Part shown: positions 53,609-61,200 of the stretch, piece by piece | Layout of the letters: each line of letters begins with the position of its first letter | How positions within the stretch are numbered: the first letter of the stretch is position 1 | Source: Candidatus Pacearchaeota archaeon | GTDB taxonomy: Archaea > Nanobdellota > Nanobdellia > Pacearchaeales > GW2011-AR1 | NCBI GenBank assembly: GCA_026395815.1 | Contig: JAPLXZ010000011.1 | Location: forward strand, 1,638-65,637 | DNA length: 64,000 bases | Direction of reading: 5' to 3' | Program-made: the position numbers and the translations under genes | The notes under the pieces: generated by a model | Database searches by the model: none | The model's input: the letters and a program-made list of their open reading frames with translations, nothing else | Told to the model about the DNA's origin: nothing

Positions 53609-54208
53609 TTATGCTATCAAACTAATCAGAATTCCTTCTATAATTCCTGCAATAATTAAAAGAGGGAGAATAATCAATAAAAAAACCCTTAAGGAATTCA
53701 TAAAGTAATCCTTAAAAAATTCAAGTTTCTTTTTTTGAAAAATAAACATCCCAAGTTTTATTCCTAATCCAAATGAGATAAATACTGCAGGCAGTTCGAA
53801 TATTCCATGCGGAAGAATTCTCCATAATTCCCAAACTCCAGAATTGTTTACAGTTAAGACAAAAACAAAGCCAAGAACATATCCATTTATTATTGTATTA
53901 ATAATTGGAAAAATCCCAAATATTGCCCCAAAAAATATAGATAAGAAGGTGGTTTTGACATTATTTGAAATAATAAATTGTATCAATTCAAATTGTGATA
54001 AGCCTTCTGTTTGATTTAATAAATCTCTTACAAATTTTAAAAGTTCATCTGCTAAAATTTTTGGGGCGGGAATAAGGAAACCAATTAAAAGAAAAAGCAA
54101 AAAAATTCCTATTGCAATATAAATAAAATTCTTAGATTTCTTGATATAATCCCAACTCTTTTTGTATTCTTCAATTATAGAAAATTTTTTCCTCTTTTTT
54201 CTTTTCAT
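53609..54208 (-). CDS. SpoIIM-like (DUF95) membrane protein
   Basis: Multi-TM protein with ILPHGIFELPAVFISFGLG, characteristic of the stage II sporulation protein M family. Confidence 0.7.
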   Translation of the reverse strand: MKRKKRKKFSIIEEYKKSWDYIKKSKNFIYIAIGIFLLFLLIGFLIPAPKILADELLKFVRDLLNQTEGLSQFELIQFIISNNVKTTFLSIFFGAIFGIFPIINTIINGYVLGFVFVLTVNNSGVWELWRILPHGIFELPAVFISFGLGIKLGMFIFQKKKLEFFKDYFMNSLRVFLLIILPLLIIAGIIEGILISLIA

Positions 54209-54209
54209 A

Positions 54210-54875
54210 TCAGCTAAAATATTTGCTTATATATCTTGTTTTGTTTTTATACTTATTCTTTAAATATAAACCATAAATCAGTCCGATTACAAATCCACCA
54301 AGATGGGCAGTATTGCCTACAGGAACATTTCCAAGAATTGAGATTAACCATAAAAGAACAAGCATTATTGGTGCCGCAAATTTCATTTTGATTGGGATTG
54401 GAATAAACATTATTGAAACCGGGAGATTTGGTGTTATTATCATAAATAATCCAATAAGCCCAAACAAAGCGCCAGAGGCTCCTACTGCATAAGTGTTAAA
54501 ATCAGAAGGCAAAAGAAAACTTGATGCAACAAAAGAAATTCCCGCAAATAATCCTGCTATTATATAAAAAATAAAAAATCTCTTTTTTCCAAGAATTTTT
54601 TCTGCGAGATTTCCAATGAATAATAATGAGAACATATTAACAAATAAATGGAAAAAACCTCCATGCATAAACATGCTAGTCAAAAAAGTCCAGAGATATT
54701 TTCCTTGCAGGATATTAGAAGGTTTTAAGGCAATATAATCAAGCAGATTGACATTAAAATAGATTATAACACTAAAGAGAATATAACAAAGAACATTGAT
54801 GATTAGCAATAAAAGGTTAATCTTAAGATTAAAAATTGATTTTTTCTTTGGATAGAACCTATAAATTTGAGCCAT
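54210..54875 (-). CDS. Rhomboid-family intramembrane serine protease
   Basis: MHGGFFHLFVNM, GASGALFGLIG (catalytic Ser) and HLGGFVIGL (catalytic His). Confidence 0.9.
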   Translation of the reverse strand: MAQIYRFYPKKKSIFNLKINLLLLIINVLCYILFSVIIYFNVNLLDYIALKPSNILQGKYLWTFLTSMFMHGGFFHLFVNMFSLLFIGNLAEKILGKKRFFIFYIIAGLFAGISFVASSFLLPSDFNTYAVGASGALFGLIGLFMIITPNLPVSIMFIPIPIKMKFAAPIMLVLLWLISILGNVPVGNTAHLGGFVIGLIYGLYLKNKYKNKTRYISKYFS

Positions 54876-54881
54876 ACTTTA

Positions 54882-55592
54882 TTACTTTTTCTTCTTCTTA
54901 ATTTTCTTTTTTGACTTTTTTGGCTTTTTTCTTTTAATTTTTTTAATTTTTTTCTTGATTTTACTCTTTTTGTTTTTTGTTTTCTTAGTTTTCTTTACAA
55001 TTTTTTTAGTTTTTTTCTTCATCTTCTCTTCTTTTTTAAGTTCTCTTACTTTTACTTTATCCAATCTGTCTTTTTCTTCTTTGATTTCTTTCTCTACCAA
55101 TTCTAATTCTTTCCTTAACTTATCCAAATCTCTATTGAATTCTTTCAGAAGAGGAGCATTGTCTTTTCTAGTAAAAACATTTCCACATTCGTTGCAGATA
55201 AAATTGTAAAGTAAGGCATTTTCCTCGTTAAATTCGATATTGCATCTCTCGCAAACATAAAATTCTTTTGTTTCTCTGCTCTTTACCTGATGATGAATCT
55301 GATCCATCTTTTTTAATATCCCCCCTCTTAAGAATTCTAAACATTTCAAAATTTCTATTTTCCAAAAATAAGTGTACCATCCTTTTCTTTTGTCTTTTTT
55401 TCTTATGAATGAGACTAATCCATGGTCAGATATTTTGTAGAGAATATTCCTTGTTTGATTAATAGTCAGGTTTAATTTCTTTGCAATTATAAATTCGTTT
55501 ACATATTTTTTTCCTTCTAGTAAATCGGCTATTTCTTCTGCTTGTTTTCCGACTACCATAATCATAACATCTTTTAAAAATTTCTTTAACAT
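54882..55592 (-). CDS. tfe: Transcription factor E (TFE-alpha) with poly-lysine tail
   Basis: N-terminal winged helix (NEFIIAKKLNLTINQTRNILYKISDHGLVSFIRKKDKRKGWYTYFW), zinc ribbon CERCN...CNECG, then about 55 aa that are almost pure K. Confidence 0.8.
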   Translation of the reverse strand: MLKKFLKDVMIMVVGKQAEEIADLLEGKKYVNEFIIAKKLNLTINQTRNILYKISDHGLVSFIRKKDKRKGWYTYFWKIEILKCLEFLRGGILKKMDQIHHQVKSRETKEFYVCERCNIEFNEENALLYNFICNECGNVFTRKDNAPLLKEFNRDLDKLRKELELVEKEIKEEKDRLDKVKVRELKKEEKMKKKTKKIVKKTKKTKNKKSKIKKKIKKIKRKKPKKSKKKIKKKKK

Positions 55593-55710
55593 TAGAATAC
55601 TAAAAAAAAGTTGAATAAATATCTTTCGGTTTAATTGAAAAAATAAAGATTTTTAAACCTGTATTGTATTTTATATATATCAAAAAGGTATATTCAGTTT
55701 AACAAAAAAG

Positions 55711-56310
55711 ATGGGATTATTCAATAAGAAAGAAAAAATCGGTGAACCTACAAAAATGCCGGAAATTCCGGAATTGCCAGAACTTCCTGAACTTCCTGAA
55801 TTGGACAGGGAAGATAGAGAAGAAGAGCTGCCGCAATTACCAAGTTTTCCAAGCGATTCTTTCGGGGGAAAATATTCTCGAGACAGTATTAAAAATGCCG
55901 TAACTGGGAAAAAAGAGGAAAGGGTTTTTGATGCAGATGAATTCGCTAAAGAAGAGTGGGAAGAAGAATCGCGAATGATGCAAAGACCCTTACCAAACAA
56001 GGAAATAAAAACTCCTATGGCAAAAGAAATAAAAGAAGAAACGAAATTTGATTATCCTAAGAGCTTTGAAAAATTGTCTAGAGAAAAAGAAATTAATCCT
56101 ATCTTTATTAAAATTGATAAATTTGAAGAAAGTGCACAAATATTTGAAAAAGCAAAAAAGCAACTTCTGGGTATAGAAAAAAGACTTGAAGAAATAAAGG
56201 AACTTAAAGAAGAAGAAGGAAAAGAACTAGAAGCGTGGGAAAAAGAGATGAAGGATGTTAAGAGCAAAGTTGAAAGGATAGATAACGACATTTTTTCTAA
56301 GGTGGATTAA
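55711..56310 (+). CDS. Coiled-coil protein with PE[IL] tandem repeats, paralogue of 56312..56662
   Basis: MPEIPELPELPELPEL near the N-terminus. The C-terminal block NPIFIKIDKFEE plus coiled coil is shared with the next ORF (NPIYIKFEKYEA). Confidence 0.5.
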   Translation: MGLFNKKEKIGEPTKMPEIPELPELPELPELDREDREEELPQLPSFPSDSFGGKYSRDSIKNAVTGKKEERVFDADEFAKEEWEEESRMMQRPLPNKEIKTPMAKEIKEETKFDYPKSFEKLSREKEINPIFIKIDKFEESAQIFEKAKKQLLGIEKRLEEIKELKEEEGKELEAWEKEMKDVKSKVERIDNDIFSKVD

Positions 56311-56311
56311 T

Positions 56312-56662
56312 ATGGAACCTGAAAATCCAATCTATATAAAATTTGAAAAGTATGAAGCACTTCAATCAAAAAGAGACATTCTTTTCTTGGAAATATCTCT
56401 TTTGAATATCATGAAAACAATGAGAAGATATCATCTCCTAAGAGAAGAAGAGTTAAGTAAAAAAAAGGAATTAATTAGAGAAATAAAAGCATTGAAGACA
56501 AATCTAAGAAGATGTAATAGCTTTCCATTGATTAAACTTCCTAGAAGAATAAGAATAAAGGAATTGGAAGAAAAACCAACAAAACCAATTAAAATTTTTG
56601 GTGATGATTTAGAATCTCAACTCAAAAACATTCAAGAGAAATTAAAATCTTTAGGCGGATAA
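56312..56662 (+). CDS. Coiled-coil protein, paralogue of the C-terminal half of 55711..56310
   Basis: Starts 2 nt after the previous stop. Shares the NPI[FY]IK[IF].K[FY]E block. Confidence 0.5.
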   Translation: MEPENPIYIKFEKYEALQSKRDILFLEISLLNIMKTMRRYHLLREEELSKKKELIREIKALKTNLRRCNSFPLIKLPRRIRIKELEEKPTKPIKIFGDDLESQLKNIQEKLKSLGG

Positions 56663-56739
56663 AGACTTACATTTAATTTCTCAAATGAACTTTTTTGTTC
56701 TTTAGTTATCTTTTTATACTTACCTTTTTTTTTGTTCTA

Positions 56740-58221
56740 ATGAATATTCTTATGATTTATCCCAAATACCCAGATACATTCTGGAGTTTTAGGCATGTAC
56801 TCAAATTTATATCCAAAAAAGCTACTTTTCCTCCATTAGGATTATTGACTGTTGCTTCTATGCTGCCAAAAGAATGGAATAAAAAATTAGTTGACCTCAA
56901 TGTTAGAAGCTTGGAAGATAAAGAGATTTTATGGGCAGATTTTGTTTTTATAAGTGCAATGATTATCCAGGAAGAAAGCGCCAAAGAGGTAATCAATAGA
57001 TGTAAGTCTTTTAATAAAAAAATTGTTGTTGGAGGACCTGCATTTACAACAGGATTTGAGAGATTTAAAGATGTGGATTATTTTGTTCTAAATGAAGCAG
57101 AGATTACTTTGCCTTTATTTCTTAAAGATTTACAAAAAGGGAAATTAAAAAAGATTTATTTTTCAACTAAACGGCCAGATATAACAAAAACCCCAATCCC
57201 CTCGTGGAATTTAATTAATTTTAAAGATTATGCCACAATGCCTATTCAGTATTCAAGAGGATGCCCCTATAATTGTGAATTTTGCGATATAATTATTATG
57301 AATGGAAGAATTCCAAGAGTTAAAAATGAAGAACAAATGCTTAATGAATTTCAGATATTATATGATTTAGGATGGAGAGACTCTGTTTTTATCGTCGATG
57401 ATAATTTTATTGGTAATAAAGAGGGGGTTAAAAGATTATTACCTCATATTATCAAATGGCAGAAAGAACATAAATATCCTTTTAAATTATTTACTGAAGC
57501 AAGTGTTAATCTGGCTGATGATGAAGAATTGATGGGACTAATGAGTTTAGCTAATTTTGACAAGGTTTTTTTAGGGATTGAAAGTCCCGATGTGGATAGT
57601 CTCAAAGAATGCAATAAAATATTAAACGTTAATACCAACTTAGGAGAGGCTGTTAGAAAAATACAAAGGAAGGGTATGCAAGTTATGGGGGGTTTTATTG
57701 TTGGTTTTGATAATGATAATGAAAAAATATTCGACTCTCAGATTAAATTTATTCAGAAAGTTGGAATTGTTACTGCGATGGTTGGGCTTTTAGTTGCTTT
57801 ACCCCAAACAAGATTATGGAATAGGTTAAGAAAAGAGAAGAGATTAGTTAAAATAAGTTCTGGGGAAAATACAGACGGGACTTTGAATTTTATTCCTAAG
57901 ATGGATAAGGAAAAGTTAATCGGGGGTTATAAAAAAATAATCGGCACAATTTATCATCCAAAAAATTATTATAAAAGAATTGAAGTCTTTACTAAAAATT
58001 ATAAACAAACTGCTAAAGGTAAAATTAAATTTGAAAATTTAATCTCTTTTTTGAAAAGTGTTTGGTTTATAGGAATTCTGTCTAAAGCCAGGTTATTTTA
58101 CTGGAAATTATTGATAAGAACAGGAATTACTAAACCCTCGGCTTTTCCAACTGTTATTGAAATGGCAGTTGAAGGGGCTCATTATGAGAAAGTATCTAAA
58201 AGAATTTTAAGCTCTAATTAA
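56740..58221 (+). CDS. B12-binding-domain radical SAM protein (class B, DUF4070-type C-terminus)
   Basis: N-terminal PPLGLLTVASML cobalamin-domain pattern and the radical SAM cluster motif CPYNCEFC. ATG at 56740 (MNILMIYPKYP). Confidence 0.88.
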   Translation: MNILMIYPKYPDTFWSFRHVLKFISKKATFPPLGLLTVASMLPKEWNKKLVDLNVRSLEDKEILWADFVFISAMIIQEESAKEVINRCKSFNKKIVVGGPAFTTGFERFKDVDYFVLNEAEITLPLFLKDLQKGKLKKIYFSTKRPDITKTPIPSWNLINFKDYATMPIQYSRGCPYNCEFCDIIIMNGRIPRVKNEEQMLNEFQILYDLGWRDSVFIVDDNFIGNKEGVKRLLPHIIKWQKEHKYPFKLFTEASVNLADDEELMGLMSLANFDKVFLGIESPDVDSLKECNKILNVNTNLGEAVRKIQRKGMQVMGGFIVGFDNDNEKIFDSQIKFIQKVGIVTAMVGLLVALPQTRLWNRLRKEKRLVKISSGENTDGTLNFIPKMDKEKLIGGYKKIIGTIYHPKNYYKRIEVFTKNYKQTAKGKIKFENLISFLKSVWFIGILSKARLFYWKLLIRTGITKPSAFPTVIEMAVEGAHYEKVSKRILSSN

Positions 58222-58303
58222 AAAGAAAAATCAAGTATTTTTTATAAAAATCCCTTTTAGGCATTAACAAATAATTTTTAAAATCTTTCTTCTTAGATTA
58301 AGC

Positions 58304-60058
58304 ATGATAAATAGAAAAGAATTAATCAGAAGATATTTAGAATTTTTCAAATCAAAAAACCATAAAGAAATTCCAAATGCAAGTCTCATTCCTGAAAATG
58401 ACCCAACAGTTTTATTTACAACAGCAGGAATGCACCCTCTTGTTCCCTACCTCCTCGGTCAAAAACATGCATTAGGAAAAAGGCTGTGCAATGTCCAAAA
58501 ATGCATTAGAACAGGAGATATTGAAGGAGTTGGAGATGAAACGCATTATACCTTTTTTGAAATGTTGGGAAACTGGAGTCTAGGTGATTATTGGAAAAAA
58601 GAAGCAATAAGTTATACTCTTGAATTTTTAACTGAAGTTTTAAAGATTCCAATTCAAAAACTCGCAGTCAGTTGTTTTATAGGGGACAAAGACGCCAAAA
58701 AAGACGAGGAATCTGCTAAAATATGGCATTCCTTGAAGATACCAAAAGAAAGAATCATCTTTCTTCCAAAAAAAGAAAATTGGTGGGGTCCTGCTGGAAA
58801 ATGCGGACCATGTGGTCCCGATACAGAAATATTTTATTGGGCTTCTGATTCAGGAAAGATTCCAAAAGTCTTTAATCAAAAAGATAAAAATTGGGTTGAG
58901 ATTGGAAATAATGTTCTGATGCAGTATTCCAAAGATGGAAAAGGAGATTATCATTTGGCTAATCAAAAAAATGTTGATTTTGGCGGTGGTGTAGAAAGAA
59001 CAGTCTCAGCATTAAATAGAATAAAAGACGGCTATCTTGATGATTATTTTAAACCAATTATAGAAGAAATAGAAGAACTATCTGGAAAGAAGTATGGAAA
59101 AAATAAAGAAATAACAAAAGAAATGAGAATAATTGCTGACCATATAAAATCTTCTGTGTTCATAATCGCAGATGGGACAACTCCAGGAAATAGTGAACAG
59201 GGTTATGTACTAAGAAGATTGATTAGAAGAATCGTAAAATACGGAAAAGAATTAGGATTGGATAATTTTACATCAAAGATTGCTGTTCCTGTATTTGATA
59301 TTTACAATGATTACTCAGAATTAAAAGAAAATAAAGAATTTATTTTGAGTGAATTAGAAAAAGAAGAGAAAAAGTTTAGATTGACATTAGAAAAAGGGAT
59401 GAATAAATTCAAAAAATTTTCCAACAATAAAAAAATCTCTGGAGAAGAAGCATTTTTGCTTTACCAAAGTTATGGATTTCCTATAGAGATGATTGAAGAA
59501 GAATGCAAAAAGAAAAAAATAAAGTTTGACAGAAAAGATTTTGAAAAAGAGCAAGATAAGCACAAGGAACTTTCAAGAACAGCGACAGAAGGGAAATTCA
59601 AATCTGGACTTGCAGATAATTCAGAAAAAACAACAAGGCTTCATACAGCTTCTCATTTGCTCCTTGCTGCCCTAAGAATCGTCCTAAAAGATAGCAATAT
59701 AATACAAAGAGGAAGCAACATAACTCCTGAAAGGCTGAGATTGGATTTTTCATTTTCGAGAAAATTGACAAAAGAAGAGATAAAAGAAGCAGAAGATTTA
59801 GTGAATGCAGAAATTCAAAAATCCTGTGAAGTTGTAAGAGAAGAAATGTCCAAAGATGAAGCTAAGAAAAAAGGTGCCTCTGGAATTTTTGATAATAAAT
59901 ACGGAGAAAGAGTGTCGATTTACACAATAGAAGATTTCTCAAAAGAAATATGCGCAGGCCCCCATGTTAAAAATACTTGTGAAATGGGAAAATTTAAGAT
60001 CCTCCAAGAAGAATCTTCCTCTTCTGGTGTTAGAAGAATAAAGGCTGTTTTGGAATAA
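58304..60058 (+). CDS. alaS: Alanyl-tRNA synthetase, short bacterial-type (no C-Ala domain)
   Basis: NDPTVLFTTAGM, QKCIRTGDIEGVGDETHYTFFEMLGNWS and WWGPAGKCGPCGPDTEIF, with editing-site motifs HTASHLL and CAGPHV. The protein ends at 584 aa. Confidence 0.9.
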   Translation: MINRKELIRRYLEFFKSKNHKEIPNASLIPENDPTVLFTTAGMHPLVPYLLGQKHALGKRLCNVQKCIRTGDIEGVGDETHYTFFEMLGNWSLGDYWKKEAISYTLEFLTEVLKIPIQKLAVSCFIGDKDAKKDEESAKIWHSLKIPKERIIFLPKKENWWGPAGKCGPCGPDTEIFYWASDSGKIPKVFNQKDKNWVEIGNNVLMQYSKDGKGDYHLANQKNVDFGGGVERTVSALNRIKDGYLDDYFKPIIEEIEELSGKKYGKNKEITKEMRIIADHIKSSVFIIADGTTPGNSEQGYVLRRLIRRIVKYGKELGLDNFTSKIAVPVFDIYNDYSELKENKEFILSELEKEEKKFRLTLEKGMNKFKKFSNNKKISGEEAFLLYQSYGFPIEMIEEECKKKKIKFDRKDFEKEQDKHKELSRTATEGKFKSGLADNSEKTTRLHTASHLLLAALRIVLKDSNIIQRGSNITPERLRLDFSFSRKLTKEEIKEAEDLVNAEIQKSCEVVREEMSKDEAKKKGASGIFDNKYGERVSIYTIEDFSKEICAGPHVKNTCEMGKFKILQEESSSSGVRRIKAVLE

Positions 60059-61123
60059 TTAAAATACATAAGAATCACTAAAATCTTCTAATCCATATTT
60101 CTCTTTTAGTTTATTGAATCTATAATACTGAAACATATTTATTCTGCCGTATTTTTGCATTGCTTCTCTTATACTCATCAGTTTTTCTGCGTCTTTATAT
60201 TCATATATCTTATTTCCTAAAGAAATTCCGTTTGATACTTCTACAATTTCTGGAACTGAACTTAGTTTTCCAAACTCAGAATACTCTGTTTCATCGTCTG
60301 TGATTATTGAAGGTCCTGTAGTCTCAACAAAGCAATATTCTGTATTATCAACCCCATATTTTATTGGACATTTTATTCCTACTGCTTCATGATTTTCTGA
60401 CTGATAATGTATAAATGCAGTTCCGTATCCTAATTCTCTTAGAAGAAAAATTAATAATTCTGTTTTTTCGCCACAAATTCCTTCCATGTCATAAAGAACC
60501 TCATAGGGATATCTGGAATACTCCATTTCGCTATTTCCAAATTTAAAAGTTTTGTTAGAACTCCCAAAAGGAATATTTTGGATTATGCTTATCGCAATTC
60601 TTGCTTGGTCTTCTTTGTTGCTTGCTATATTTTGTATTTTTGTAACAAATGGAAGAAGCAACTGTCTTTGTTGTATTTCATCTATTTTCATTAGCTTAAA
60701 GTCTAATAAAGATGGCTCTTCTCCAGCAGAATAATCTATTGAACGTGAAAGTTTTGAAACATAATCATATAATTTCTTATAAACTAAAATATTCATTATA
60801 TACTCTTCCCCTCTTAAAACATATTTCAGATTGATTTGTTTAGATTCTCCTTCATATTTTGATACGCATTCATCTTCATTAACTTTATTAATCGTTAAAA
60901 TTTCAGGACATCCACAAATTGAAGCTTTTTTTAAAAGAATGCCATCTGAACAGAAATAAGGTTTTCTAAAAGAGCATTCTTCATACAATGTTCCATCTCC
61001 GCAGGTTGTAATTGTTTTTTTAAAAAAGAAAAAATAATTAAGGATAAGCAAAGATAAGACAAGAAAGATTAAGATACCAATGATTAAATGGATTTTCCAA
61101 GGAATCTCCTCTTTTTTTTTCAT
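60059..61123 (-). CDS. Membrane-anchored transglutaminase-like cysteine peptidase candidate
   Basis: N-terminal TM. GICGEKTELLIFLLRELGYGTAFIHYQSENHEAVG resembles the Cys...His core of transglutaminase-like domains. Confidence 0.45.
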   Translation of the reverse strand: MKKKEEIPWKIHLIIGILIFLVLSLLILNYFFFFKKTITTCGDGTLYEECSFRKPYFCSDGILLKKASICGCPEILTINKVNEDECVSKYEGESKQINLKYVLRGEEYIMNILVYKKLYDYVSKLSRSIDYSAGEEPSLLDFKLMKIDEIQQRQLLLPFVTKIQNIASNKEDQARIAISIIQNIPFGSSNKTFKFGNSEMEYSRYPYEVLYDMEGICGEKTELLIFLLRELGYGTAFIHYQSENHEAVGIKCPIKYGVDNTEYCFVETTGPSIITDDETEYSEFGKLSSVPEIVEVSNGISLGNKIYEYKDAEKLMSIREAMQKYGRINMFQYYRFNKLKEKYGLEDFSDSYVF

Positions 61124-61160
61124 CTATTAAAAAGTTCATAGAATTATAAAAACCTATCTA

Positions 61161-61200
61161 AAAAGGAAGATTAAGCGAAGGAAACCTTGGTGTCCTCGCT
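61161..61200. repeat. Exact 40-nt hairpin-forming repeat, copy B
   Basis: Identical to 28643..28682. Overlaps the leuS stop codon (61199..61201) by 2 nt. On the minus strand the hairpin is followed by a T5 run. Confidence 0.85.
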
